Shown one piece after another: positions 1 through 12,499 of a stretch of 64,000 nucleotides of DNA. Under the pieces are notes generated by a model. That model was not told where the DNA came from, ran no database searches, and worked only from the letters and a program-made list of their open reading frames with translations. The stretch covers positions 36,821-100,820 of the forward strand of contig CAXHJY010000993.1 in NCBI GenBank assembly GCA_964016885.1, read 5' to 3'. Position 1 is the first letter of the stretch. Every line of letters begins with the position of its first letter. The position numbers and the translations under genes are program-made. Source of the DNA: Eledone cirrhosa (Eukaryota).

Positions 1-79
1 GATGAATGAGTTAAAACGAACAAGGGAGATGGTGAAAATTCTACGGCGAAGAAAAAATCAAAACAGCGTTTCAACTTTT

Positions 80-927
80 GCACTTTGGAGCTAGGGTGCA
101 TACTATGGCACAGTGAAGCTTGAGTGACACAGTATGGAAATATGGAACTAGGATGTCACTGTATGGAAATGGTGAGATATGGTAGAGAAAGATGGCACTT
201 TGAAGCTAGAGTGCCGCTGTATGGCATAGCGGAGCTAGGGTGTCACACTATGGAATAGAGGAGTTTGAGTGACATAGTATGGTAATATGAAGCTAGGATG
301 GCCAAGTATGGAAATGGGAGATAGGGTGGAAAAATACGGCTCTTCGGAACTAGGGTGTTGCACTATAGCACAGAAGAGGTAGCATGGCACACTATGGAAT
401 TGGGGAGCTTCAATGGCACAGTATGGAAATATAGAACTAGGGTGAACGCCTATGGCAATGGGAACATAGTGTGGAAAATATGGCACTTTGAAGCTAGGGT
501 GCCGCAGTATGGCACTGCGGAGCTAGGATGGCACTCTATGAAATTGGAGTGTTTGAGTGATACACTATAGAAATATGCAGCTAGGATGGCGAAGTATGGC
601 AATGGGGAGGTAGTGTGGAAAAATACGTCACTTCGGAGTTAGGGTGCCGCAGTATGGCACACTTTGGAATTGGGTGGCTAGGGTGGGACAGTATGGCACT
701 GGGAAAATATGGCAATGGGGAGATAGGAAGGAAAAATACGGCACTTCGGAGCTAGAGTGCCGCACTGTGGCACAGCGGAGCTAGGGTGGCACACTATGTA
801 ATTGTGGAGCGTCAGTGACACAGTATAGAAATATGGAACTAGGATGTCGCAGTATGGCAATGGGAAGATTGGGTGGCAAAATACGGCACTTCGGAGCTAG
901 GGTACCACAATATGGCACTGCGGAGCA
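80..927. repeat. Tandem satellite, ~144-bp monomer with ~28-bp internal subrepeats
   Basis: GGCACTTYGRAGCTAGRGTG recurs at about 80, 194, 338, 482, 627, 740 and 885. Spacing is mostly 144-145 bp, with two shortened units. Confidence 0.85.
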
Positions 928-1704
928 AGTAAAAAAAATAAATATATATATATAGATATACATATATATATATATACAAGGGTGGTGGAACTTGGGGGAC
1001 ATCGGGGGCCATGTATTAATAGTGTTGTAAACTGTGAGACTTAAAATTTTGCTGTAGTTTCACCTTTGACCTTAAAATTCTTACAGCAAAGATTCGACTA
1101 AGCTTTAAAAAAAAAAAAAAAAAAAAAAGAGAGAGAGAGAGAGCACCCATAATAGTATGAGTTATCTTAAGGAATCCAAAAATTTGCAACAGATATGCTG
1201 GGTCAGTGAGAAATAGCTTTAGCTCTCTCCCTCAAACATCCAATGATGTAGCATGGAACACATTAAAGCACATAAAAAGGATGCAGAAGAACATATTTCA
1301 ATAAAATCTAAAATAAGAAAACACGTTCCATGAGAAAACCAAGAGATAAGACAAAAGAGACAAACTCTAGAAGAAGCTGCAGAATTAAAGAATAAAGTAC
1401 CCACAAGAAACAATACAACATGTCATGAAGAAGCTTTGAAAGATTTATCTGATACATACCTGGCGGTTCAAAAAGAATAATCAGTTAAAAAATCAACCTA
1501 GTTCAATCTTCAATTGAATATAAACAATCTGCAGGAACCTTGCATATCCTCAATGAAATCAGTGGGAAAAGGAATCCAACCAAGTCAAAAATCAAAGTAA
1601 CAATTGAAAAAGAAAGGTTACAAATGTGGAAAGATCACTTCCAAAATCTCCTTGGTAAACATCCAGACATAGTTGATACACCGATACAAGAAATATCAGA
1701 ATAA

Positions 1705-3144
1705 TAATAATGAAATTATTGTGTAAAGTGCTCAGGTGCACTACAACTCGTCAAAGGTGTATGTATAGTACATAGAATAATACACAAATGTCAGGGATGT
1801 ACATGTGTGTATGTGTTAGCTGTAGTGTTGGCGGATCTCGGGAAGCATGGAGGCCTTAAAGGATGCAGTGTCTCGACAGCTAACAACTGATGCAGGTAGT
1901 TTGTTCCATGCTTCAGCAACTCTGAGCGTGAAAAAATGTTTCCGAAAGTCATGGGAACTGTGCTGCTTTCTTACTTTGTGGGTATGCCCACGTGTGTTAG
2001 ACACATGGAAATCAAAAAGGTACTCAGGGTTGTTGTTGGCAACATGGTTAACAATTTTGTGGGTGTTTACCAAGTCAGTTGCCAGGCGTCGGAGCTTCAA
2101 TGTATCCATGCCCAAGGAAGCAAGGCGCTCAGAGTATGGTAGATGCCTGATGGAGGGTATTCGCTTGGTTGCACATCTCTGAACAGTTTCCAGGCGGTCA
2201 ATGTTCTGAGCAAGATAGGGGTTCCAGACTGGTGATGCAAATTCTAAGTGTGGTCGCACCATAGCCATGTACAGCCTTAAATAGATATCTGGAGAGCGGC
2301 TGACAAAGGTCTTGCTGAGTGATGCTAAGACACCCTCGGCCCTCTTGACAATTTTAGAGACATGCCTCGTCCAACGCAAATCGCTGCTGACCGTAATGCC
2401 CAGGTCACGTTCACAAGAAGACTTCTTGATATTAGTGCTGTGGAGGGAGTATGTGGACGCTGGGTTTGTACTCCCAAAATGCATGGTGGTGTACTTGTCC
2501 ACAGCTAGCTTGAGTTGCCAGTCTGAGATCCATTGTTGCATTGTGTCCAGGTCAGACTGCAAGCAAGATCTATAGTGTTCAGGGTCTGTCCTTTTTATCT
2601 CAAGGTACAGCTTGATGTCGTCTGCGTACTTTAGTACTGTGGCATTCTTTAAGTTGGCATCTATGTCATTAATATATCCCACAAACAAAAGGGGGCCAAG
2701 AACAGATCCCTGTGGTACACCAGATGACATCTCATATGATGAGGAATGCTGTCCCAGAACCGTGACTACCTCTCTTCGACTGAGAATGAAGGACTTCAAC
2801 CAGTTAAAAAGATCATCCTTCACACCCATTGCAAAGAGTTTTGCCATAAGCCTTTTGTGTGGCACAGAATTGAAGGCTTTCGCAAAGTCAAGGTAAACAG
2901 CATCCACCCATGCGCCGCCATCAATGATCCGGGTGATGTCCTCAAGAAACTCTATAAGTTGATCACAGCAGCTGGAGTTGGGGATAAATCCAAATTGCGA
3001 GGGCCGGATAAGACTGTGAGAGCTCCAGAAGTTCCAAAGTATTTCTCTGACACAGGATTCCATCAGTTTGGCAATGCAACTAGTAAGACTGACTGGACGA
3101 TAGTTCACAGGTGATGTGCGGTCACCCTTTTTGAACAGAGGAAT
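1705..3144 (-). mobile_element. Young 5'-truncated CR1-group LINE (CR1/L2/Daphne-like) with open RT frame
   Basis: ORF 1816-3108 contains NYRPVSLTS, YLDFAKAF, GVPQGSVLGP, YADD and C-terminal HFFTLRVAEAWNKLP. It has an (ATT)n tail at ~1705 and a GAATAA duplication at 1699-1704 and 3145-3150. Confidence 0.93.
1816..3144 (-). CDS. Reverse transcriptase, 3' part of LINE ORF2 (5'-truncated, no true start)
   Basis: Uninterrupted frame from IPLFKKGDRTSPVNYRP to the stop codon, with the non-LTR RT motifs present. Confidence 0.85.
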   Translation of the reverse strand: MPLFKKGDRTSPVNYRPVSLTSCIAKLMESCVREILWNFWSSHSLIRPSQFGFIPNSSCCDQLIEFLEDITRIIDGGAWVDAVYLDFAKAFNSVPHKRLMAKLFAMGVKDDLFNWLKSFILSRREVVTVLGQHSSSYEMSSGVPQGSVLGPLLFVGYINDIDANLKNATVLKYADDIKLYLEIKRTDPEHYRSCLQSDLDTMQQWISDWQLKLAVDKYTTMHFGSTNPASTYSLHSTNIKKSSCERDLGITVSSDLRWTRHVSKIVKRAEGVLASLSKTFVSRSPDIYLRLYMAMVRPHLEFASPVWNPYLAQNIDRLETVQRCATKRIPSIRHLPYSERLASLGMDTLKLRRLATDLVNTHKIVNHVANNNPEYLFDFHVSNTRGHTHKVRKQHSSHDFRKHFFTLRVAEAWNKLPASVVSCRDTASFKASMLPEIRQHYS

Positions 3145-3897
3145 GAATAACTCAATATCAAATAGACTTTACAATTACTGAGTTGGAAACTGTTCCAAGA
3201 ACATTGAGATCGAACAGAACACATGGCTTTGATGAAATACCACCTGAGGTATGAAAAACCAAACAATTTAATGATATTCTCTTGGAGGTTTTACAATGAC
3301 ATATATAATCAAAACAATATAGAAACATGGACTAAGGGGTGTATCCTCCCTTCCCGTCAAAAGGAGATCTTGGTGTGGCAAACAACTAAAGAGGAATAAC
3401 TCTTGTAGCAATAGCTGCAAAAATGTATCACTCTAAGCTGTTTAACCGCAGACGTCCAGAAATCGAAAAACTGAAAAAAAAACAAAAAAAAAAATTCAAA
3501 ATGGCTTTCGAAGAGTACGTTCAACTACTGATCAAATATTAATCATTCGCAGAATTTTTGAAGGCGTGCAAGCTAAAAATCTAAATGCTGTTCTGTAATT
3601 CTCCAAAACATTCGATTCGATTCATAGGGGTAAAATGGAAGAAATACTGCTAGCCTATGGTATACCAAATGAAGCAGTAAAAGCCATTATGATGCTCTAC
3701 AATAATACATATTCAATAATACTATCTGATACACGTTTCTTTGAAATCATTGCAGGAGTGAAACTGGGTGAAACTTTAGCACTTATAACTTTATCATTTG
3801 CTTGGATTACGTTCTCAGAATTTCTGTCAATACCATTAAAGACAATGGATTCACACTACATTCACGAAGGAGTAATAGATATCCTGCCACAACAATT

Positions 3898-4020
3898 ACA
3901 GACGTTATATCTGCTGTTGACCTTTTTGAGCAACAGGATGAAAGCTTCTTCACCAATGGGATCCAATCACTGCAACACCGATGGAAAAAGTATGTGGACC
4001 ACAAAGGGGAAAAATAAACC
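3898..4020 (+). mobile_element. Mariner transposase C-terminal fragment
   Basis: FEQQDESFFTNGIQSLQHRWKKYVDHKG resembles the mariner C-terminal F...GI..L..RW.K.VD..G pattern. Confidence 0.7.
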
Positions 4021-4059
4021 TCATAAGAGTATCTTGGTTAGTCTAATCAAAAATATTTC

Positions 4060-5905
4060 AAAATCAAGGGAAATAACTCTAAAAGCATACAGCTAAAAAA
4101 TTGTCTGAGTAAACTCCCTTAAAAGGTTACTTTGCATGATTTATGTACAAAATACTATTTTGTATTCACACACACGTAAGATCAACACGATTTGTAATAA
4201 AAGGGAGATAACTAATAATTAATTCAGCAAAAAACATAGTTACTTCTATATATAATTGCAAACACATTAAATTAAATTTAGTCTATAAAATACCATATAT
4301 ATAATAGAAGGGCGTTAGCACATGTAGAATACGGTGCAAGACGTGTAAAATCATTTTCCGCTAGGTTTCATTGTCTATAGGAATTTTTGATTTGATGTTA
4401 CATAAACACGTAAGTACACATATTTAACGATAGACCCAACGAAACTAAGAAGACTGAACTTAACAACTAAATCTAACATGTATTTCCAACAATAATAGCT
4501 AATACATAAACCCTGTCCCTTAACTCTAACTCAGACTTCTAAGGAAAAGGTTGAAACAGTTCTAATACCTGACCACAACCACAACCCCAACCCCAACCCC
4601 AACCCCAAACCCTTAACCACTAAAGGAATTTTAGAAACTTAACACTTGTCATCAATAAAAAGAAATGAGAGGCTGAAATAAACATACAATTTCAAAACAA
4701 TACAAAATACATTTTAGAACAAACAGTTCGGATGCAACAAATTTCAGCATCAGAGTAAGAAACCCTAACCCAACCCTAACTCTAACACTAACCCCAAATA
4801 TTAACTATCCTTAACAGTTAACTTTAACCTAACACCTTATACTACATCCTACCGGTTCAGAATAAAAGTTAATTGATATGGGTCTTCTCCAGCACAGATC
4901 CATTCTAATTGTTGTGTTCTTTCATCATCTCCTCCTGTAGGGTCAGTACTTTGAAATCAGGCTTTACCATTTCCGACTACATTCCTCTTACATCAGTTTT
5001 CCTCATCAACTGTCTTCTTTCACTTGAAGCTATTTGCAATTATTCGCACAACGATTATCATCCCTATGCCTCACGTGTCCATACCAGGGACATTTCCTCT
5101 CATACACACTGTATCTGATTACTAGCTAAACCATGCTTCATAGTTCATGTACACTAATATTGATGCGATACATTAAAAATGTGCAACGCTCTAGGAATAA
5201 ATAATATACTGAGCTGAGATCTATAATGACTGGTAATATAATATAAAAACTTATAGCCCTATTTCTCAATCAACTCATGTTTTGACACTAGCTCTAACTT
5301 ACCCTGTCTAGAGTGAATGCACACCTTAACTGTTAATTCTAACAAAAAAAAAAAAAGGTTTATTTAAAACAAGCAATTACGCTATACTCTAATACAACCA
5401 TTAACACCGATTCCCAACCAATAACGTTAACCTTTAATTATCTGGATCATTTTACGTCCATTCTTTTCATGCTTCAGTCCACTTGATGCATTCTTTCATC
5501 TCCTGTCAAATGCAGCGTCTTGAAATTATTTGTCACTACTCGGTTACCTCCCCTGCTAGTATAATTTTTGGGGGAGGGAAAGGTAAATAATTTTGGGAGG
5601 AAGGGGAAAGTCGATTAAAACGATCTCATTGCGTTACTGGTACTTTATTTTATCAACTTCGTAAGGTTGAAATGCAAAGCTAACATCGGCGGGATTTGAA
5701 CTCTATGCCGCAAAGCATGTTGTCCAACGCTCTGCCGATAATGCTACACCCCCCCCCCCTCTTCAAAAAACAATCCTAATATTCATATAGTAATTATTTA
5801 TCACTCTTGAGTTATCTCCCCTTCGAATTATTATTTTTTTCCCCATAAACTCCCTAACACTAATACATTATCTAGCAATTATCGTTTCTGAGTTATCTCG
5901 CCTAT
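4060..5905. repeat. Dispersed non-coding repeat, copy 1, rich in CCCTAA-like motifs (possibly a non-autonomous Helitron/Helentron-type element)
   Basis: 4060-5470 aligns by eye with 14770-16610. AAGGGARATAACT occurs at ~4067 and ~4200 and inverted (GAGTTATCTC..CT) at ~5808 and ~5890. Confidence 0.6.
5560..5745 (-). mobile_element. tRNA-derived SINE (Octopus-type family)
   Basis: Core TACTGGTACTTTATTTTATC...GGCGGGATTTGAACTC is shared with about 8 other copies in the window. Confidence 0.8.
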
Positions 5906-6099
5906 TAACATTCTGTTTGCTTACAAATAAATATCCCTAACTCTAATATTTCATCCTGAATTATCGCCTCTACTGATATTTTCTTAAAGTCAATGTTATA
6001 GCCCTCACCCTGTAAAACCTTAAAACACGAACCATAAACCAAAAACACCATCCTCAATCCTAAACCTAAAACCATATCCCCAAAGCATTGGACAGAAGT

Positions 6100-6765
6100 C
6101 ACATCAGAAACCCTAAAAGAGGAAACATAATGCTCTTGAAAGGAGTAACTACAGAGGCTTGAAACTTATGGACCAAATGATGAAAATGATGGAAAGAGTG
6201 ATAGCACAACTAATTAAGCAAAGAGTCAAAATAGATGGGATGCAATTTGGTTTTCTGGCAGGAAAAAGCAGCCCAATTGCCCAATTTTATAGAGACAACT
6301 ACAAGAAAAGTACCTAACCGTGGGTAAGCTGCTATATCTAATTTTTGTTGACCCCCAAAAGTCTTTTGACAGGGTTACATAATCTGCTATTCGGTAGCCT
6401 TCAAGAAAATTAGGAGTACTCTCGGGTCCCAAAGAATAGGGGTAGGATGGGGTGGAATAAGTGGGAGGTTTGGAAAATCAGTCATTTTTCTAGGTTGTCT
6501 TCGTTGATTATTTTAAAAAACCAGAATTAGTTGCTTAGTTTACACATTGAGACCCCAACCAACCTATGTATTTTATAACGTATGGGATTTTTAGTAATGA
6601 GTAATGTACTTTTTTTTATCATGTATGTTATTTAATGTAATAAGAAAATTACCGGAGATAGATTAGCAAAATTTAAAAAGCGGTGGGGTCTGAAAAATTA
6701 ATAAGTGAAGGTGGAGACCCGAGAGTAGCTGAGTGGATTGTGCAGGAAGTGCAAGCTATGTACAC
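6100..6765 (+). mobile_element. RTE RT fragment split by a MITE
   Basis: NYRGLKLMDQMMKMMERVI...FVDPQKSFDRV...KLGV|AEWIVQEVQAMY rejoins when the MITE is removed. Confidence 0.75.
6419..6725. mobile_element. MITE with TA target-site duplication (Tc1/mariner-like)
   Basis: TIRs CTCTCGGGTC / GACCCGAGAG, with TA at 6417-6418 and 6726-6727. Confidence 0.85.
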
Positions 6766-7539
6766 ATAGACTTGCGTGTGACCTTCACTGCGAGCTTCTA
6801 AAAGACATTGTCTACTGCGATGGGGCGTATTCCACCGTCTTTCTTACTGAAAGCACTTAGCAGGCAGAAAAGATGAGGCCTCGGGAATAAATGTCTAAGG
6901 TGCCATGGATGAACCTGTTAATTAGAGTCACAATAGTGCACAGTAGGCGACACCCGGCTTCGGCAGTGAGGTGTGTGTGTGTGTGTATGGGGGGGGGGGG
7001 GGGGGGGGCACAAGGCGTATGGGTCTGAGGTCTTGTTCGGAAGATCCACAGGTGGGAATCGATATGATGACCTTCAAACTATCAAGGAAGACGAAGTCAT
7101 TGCTTTTCTACAAATCTAAAATAATCCACTTAGGAAAAAAGCAGATATCTGAATATTTAGCATGCAAAATAGATTGGTCGAAACTAGGACATGTGTCACA
7201 CATTGGGCGATTCTACTATTGTTCAATCATAGTATGACACGCATGCACGTTCCAGAACATTCTAAAGTCTTAAATGTATATAAATATAGAGGACATGTTG
7301 GTGTTGATTTTGTACATCTTAAAAAAAAAAAGTCAGTGTTTAAATATATTCCACTTACAATTTTTTTTTGTGTGTTTTCATTTCAATTGTTGAGAAAAAC
7401 ATAACAAATTGGTGACGAAGAAAAAGCCACATGTCGATTTCCATTAAAAAATTGCAAATGTTGCTACAGCAAGCAGAGGAAGCTCAACTAAAATTAATTG
7501 AAACTATGCTGAGTAAATTAAATATGCATTTTCCGGTAT

Positions 7540-8070
7540 CCACATCAAATATTACAGTCATCCGTCCTCGACACAGTTACTGAATTTCAGTTTGATCCTG
7601 CTGATAGTGTTACTTTCGAACACTGGTTCAATAGGTGAAAAGACACCTTCAATGTAGACTTGGCAAAAGTAGGTGATACCCATGTTTATTTTTTTTTTGC
7701 AACTTCATCCTGCTCAAACAACTTCGAGACCTTTTATTTGCAGAAACAACCAAGTTGTTGGGAGAGCAGACCTAAGTTTTCAACGCTAGATACCATTAAC
7801 TCAAACTTACAAAAAAGTCTACAGATTGAGTCCTGTATTGCAGGTGTGGTGAACCGCGAGTTTGAACATTTCCAGTTGCGGTAGATGACGGACGACCCAT
7901 TTAAATGTTTGCTGTTCGTTTGCAGGTTACAGGCATCAGAAGATGCTGATCTGAGGACACGTATTATTAATCGTTTGGAATAGTCACCGGACATGACATT
8001 GCAAGACATGACTGACGATGCCAACGGTTGGTGAATTTAAAGTATGATACAGCGATGGTAGAAAAAAGAA
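7540..8070 (+). mobile_element. Gypsy LTR retrotransposon gag remnant
   Basis: EFQFDPADSVTFEHWFNR and AGVVNREFE...FKCLLFVCRLQASEDADLRTRII resemble K02A2.6/Mag-type gag. Confidence 0.7.
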
Positions 8071-8088
8071 AAAGGTCAGCCAACCTAA

Positions 8089-8282
8089 CCTTTTAGCATT
8101 TACAGTGCTCTATATTTACTATTATATTTTCATGGTAAAGGCTTTACCTCACATAATTATCTCATATAGTATTGAATCTATGAGATTTTGATATTTAGTT
8201 TGAGAATATATTGACCAGTTACTGCCGGTTTGAACAGAAAGTGAGAATTCTGGCCGGATAAGGCCGGTTTAAATGCTAAAGG
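8089..8282. mobile_element. piggyBac-type MITE, decayed copy
   Basis: Ends CCTTTTAGCATTT / AAATGCTAAAGG; the body matches 46811-47028. Confidence 0.7.
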
Positions 8283-8294
8283 AAACACTGAACC

Positions 8295-9160
8295 AAAACG
8301 TCTGAGTAAAAACTCAAAGAATACGAAGATTTGAGAAGAAAAACATCTCAATAGCAGACATAATGACGTCACTCTCAAAGGCTTATAAATGGAAATCTCC
8401 TGGTAAAGACATTATGCAACATTTCTGGCTTTCATCGCTCTCCTGCGCACACAAAAGGTTAATCCAGCTGTTCATTGAAATAAAAAAAGATCCTGAAAAA
8501 TCATCAGACTGGATAGCTACAAATATAATTTACTACACAAGAATAATGAAACCAAATAATGGACCAAAACTATCGGTCCATAACCTGTTTATTCACCACG
8601 TATAAAGTTTTAACATCTGTTTTCGTGTAAGAAAAAAATAAAACATGCATTTATGGAAGAGCATCTTTTCCTTATTGAACGAAAAAGAATGTTGACGCAG
8701 TTGATATAGATGTAAAGGTCAACTCTTAATTAATCGTATGATCCCTGAGAACTGTCATAACAAGCACAGTAATGAAAGTTCCGCATGGATTGATTATAAT
8801 ATCCCTTACAATTGAATGCACCAGAACAAGGAAAGGTTATATAATTGACAACAGGAAAATAAGCTATTTGCTTTATATGGTTGACTTCAAACGATAAGGC
8901 AAAGATGATGAGCTTGAAGGCCTTTACGTACTGTGAAAATATATCAGTGATGATATCTGGATGGAGTTTTGGTTTGATAAGTGTGCCAAGACCACCTTCA
9001 AGAAAGATAAGTTGATAAACACAAATTCAGTCGAACTGGATGTTGAAACAGTTATAAAACAACCTCAGCCGGAACAAAACTTTAAATACCTAGGCATAAA
9101 TGAAGGCTCCGGTATTCAGCATCCAAGCAAGAAAGAAAAGTTAAGGAATGTTATAGGAGA
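8295..9160 (+). mobile_element. R4/Dong-like LINE RT remnant
   Basis: WKSPGKD...FW, NYRSITCL..TYKVLT, KGQLLIN, AWIDY, MEFWFDKCAK and FKYLGI in broken frames. Confidence 0.7.
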
Positions 9161-9600
9161 GTACGCGCAGGCAGACAAAGACTGCCTGTCCTTTCCCTGT
9201 AAAGGAAGCCGGCGGGGTGATTTTCACATCTGAAATTCTTGCACTTAATTCAGCTTCCTGTCTTCCATCACTCGCAACATGAGCCCGAGATACTAATACT
9301 TCCCCACCTACTTCGGTGGAACTCCACTCAGATGCAGAGTGCACTACTCGGGCTTCCTTGAGAGACGAGCACTGATTTTCATTCCTGCCATGCAGTACTC
9401 GGCATCATACCTATCAAGTACATGTCAGAGATCACTTTTTGACGAGTTAAGTAGTACCATGTCATCTGTAAATCCCAGGCGACTGATCCTATAACCACAA
9501 GACATGACATCACTTCCAAACCGTCTGCGTATGTCAATCCTGTTCATGATTATGAACAGGAGATGTTATAGTACGAACCCCTAGCGTTGTTCGACACCCA
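9160..9600 (+). mobile_element. Possible CRE-like LINE fragment
   Basis: Degenerate match to the QA.LPV..GGLG...LA.PAFL.S motif (PVKEAGGV...EILAL...FLSSI). Confidence 0.4.
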
Positions 9601-11199
9601 CATTAAACGGTTTCGATTTAGCATCATTTATCCGAACACAAATGCGGAGGCATTCATATAGAGACCAAGGCAACAACAAGCTGCCAATCTATCCAATACT
9701 CCTTCAGAACATTCTACAGCAGGTCCCATGTACAGATTTTCCATAAAAAAAATTCATCAAACTGACCTCAAACGTTTTTCACCATTTATTTTTCAAAAAT
9801 CTTCAATAAAATTTCAGTTTTCTTAAAAAAAAAACCTTTCAGAAAAATTTGGAACGTTTTAAGAAAATTTGTTTACATTTTTGAGAAAACTTTTGAGGAT
9901 ATCTTTGCAGAAAATTTTGAAGTTTTGAAAAATCTTTAAGAATGTTTTGATGAATTTTTCTAAGTTTTAGGAAACATTTTAAAGCTTAGAAAAAAGTTCA
10001 AAGAAATAATTTGAAAATCGTTTGAAAAAAACCTTTTCAGAAATATGAGGGAAAAGTTTTGAAAAAAATTTAGTAAAACTTAAAAATAATTTTAAAGAAA
10101 ATTAAAAATATATATAAAATTGAAAGAATTTTGAGAGAATATTTTGAGGAAAATTTTCGAGCACATACAGAAAAAGTTTCGATGGAAAATGTGATGGGAA
10201 TTTTGCTGAAATTATTTTGAGGAAAAAAAATCTTCGAAATTCTAGGGGAAAAGTTTGAAATATTTGTTTAAAAATATAAACATTATCGGATGATTACATA
10301 TCTGCTTTCAAATTCGCCCATCTGTTGGCTCTGTTACACTTTATGGCTAAATCACTTTTATTTAATTTAATTTTTTCAAATATACGTTTGAATATAAACA
10401 ATGTTAACTTTTTTGGTGTTCTCGGTGGAAGTGATGATTGAGAAGATAACAGGGGTGTATGTGGAGGCCGCAGTGAGGGAAGGGAAACAAGAAACAAAAA
10501 CGATTGTTCAGATTTTGCGAAAGTAAAATGTCACTTATCCATGAAAGAAAAAAAAAAATTTTTACAAGATTTTTTGTAAAGTTTTAGAATTTTAAATAAA
10601 ATAAAATAAATTCGAAAACTATTGAAAAAATTTAAATAATTTGGAGAGAATATTTGATGAAATAATTATAATTATAATGGTTTCTTTAATAGAAAATTTG
10701 AAGAACATTTTGAAAAAAATTGGAAATTCTTGGGAAATAGTTTAATGAATCTTTTATAAAATGTTTAACAATAGTACAATCATTAATTGTTTCTACTTTT
10801 GGCACAAGGCCAGCAATTACCCAGTGTATTAATAATGTATTAATAGTATATTACCCAGTGTATCAATAGTACAATCATTATTGTCATTATTGTACACATT
10901 AACTTTATATTATCTTTCAAATCTAATCGTCTGCTTGCTCTGTTAAACTCTATCGCTAAATTCTTTATTTTATACCAACAATTTTTCTAAAAAATATTCT
11001 CAAACATTTTAGTCAAAATTTTCTTTAAATTCTTTGAATTTTTTTTTTTTTTTTTTTTTTTTTCTTAAAGCATTTTGAGAAAGATTTTCGAAAAAGGAAT
11101 CGGAATATTAGAGAATTTTTGGTGAAAGTTTTTGAAAAACATTTTGATAAAATTTTAAAGAATATTTTGAGGAAAATATTTGAAATCTTAGCTTGTCTG

Positions 11200-11900
11200 A
11201 GAAAAGTACCAATTTGGTGACTGGTGCAAATAAGATCACCAAAGCTGCAATATGGTGAGAGGTAACATAATCATATCACGCCGTCCTTCACACAAGTTAA
11301 CAATGAATGTGTTTGGGACTTAGGGAGGAGGTGGGGCTGTTCGAAAAATATATTGGCAGTCTACATTTCATGCTATAATAACTGGCGATGGACCTTTGAC
11401 CTGTTTAGGGTGGGGAGATGGACGCACAAAGATTGCGTATCCCGGGAATCCAAAGACGGTTCGGAAGGTAGCACACCGTAACAATTAGAACATCACAACC
11501 CTTACTGGTAAGAAGCAGAAATTAGGGGAGTAGGTTAGATGTTACCGGTTAGATAGAGTCGAGGTTCCTCAAAATTCCATGTCTATGGTATTGCAAATTT
11601 AGATGGAGGATGGAAACTCCACTATTGAGATAGGACCCCAGAAATGACTGAACAGGTGGGAGTGGGGATACAGACAAGACTCTGAATAACAAAGTGTTAT
11701 GGACTGGATTCCATTAGGAGGGACGATTTGCCTCTGGAAGCAGATTACTTATCTAGAAACCACCCCAAGACTACCTAGGACAAATATGCATAGGTAGATT
11801 AGTTGGTACAACACCCCCTTCAATAGAGAGGTTTCTACACCTATAGTTAGGACTTTCTATTTTGGTACACTTACAAGATGTTCTTTGCCTCTACAAATTC
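11200..11900 (+). mobile_element. Highly decayed Penelope-like RT remnant
   Basis: SWYNTPFNREVSTPIVRTF resembles PLE IWFNPPFS..V.T.IG..F, and LDVT occurs upstream. Confidence 0.45.
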
Positions 11901-12499
11901 CGATTCCCTCCCGTCATTGAACCTCTATCGAATCTATCTAGCTACTTATCCCTTCTTCTCACTCTCACTCTGTATCTATTTCTCCATCTCTCTCTATCCT
12001 TCCATACATATACCTATCATCACTATGCTCTCTCTAAATGTAATCTTTTGCCTTTATCTCCTTTATCTCACTTTGCCCCCCCCCCTTCCTTTATCTTTTC
12101 AGTCACTTAAAATAAAACCGATTCTCATAGCATACCTTGCTTCTTTTACTTCCACCCCTCTCTTTCTACCTCTCACTCATTCTATCCGGTCTGTCCTCTT
12201 GCCTAATCACACTCACTCACTCACTCACTCACTCACTCACTCACTCACTCACACTTTTATCTGTATTTGTTTTCGTATTGCAAATTTCTTTTTTCCTCAG
12301 TTTCGTCTTTCTCCCTCAATTGCACTCATATTAAATCTATGCTCCCCCATCTCCACATATCCCCTCCTCCCACACGAACACTCACATACGCACATATGTA
12401 CGTGCAAACACAACATCCATTTCTATATTTTATGCAAATTTCTACATTACTCAAACCATTAACCTTCTCAAACCTGCAGCCATCATCACACCAGCATCG

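Larger units (their letters stand above)
1150..3897 (+). mobile_element. Decayed RTE-clade LINE ORF, interrupted by a CR1-group insertion
   Basis: Broken-frame translations give ERLQMWKDHFQNLLGKHP (~1.6 kb), GFDEIPPEV, KGDLGVANN*RGITL and FDSIHRGKMEEILLAYGIP (3.2-3.7 kb). There are many stops and frameshifts. Confidence 0.75.

Noticed and set aside
4560-4830. Telomere or chromosome fusion site
   Set aside because: CCCTAA motifs are scattered and degenerate inside a dispersed repeat.
9740-11190. Phased A/T-tract region as a functional bent-DNA element
   Set aside because: It is low complexity and I could not establish a periodicity by eye.
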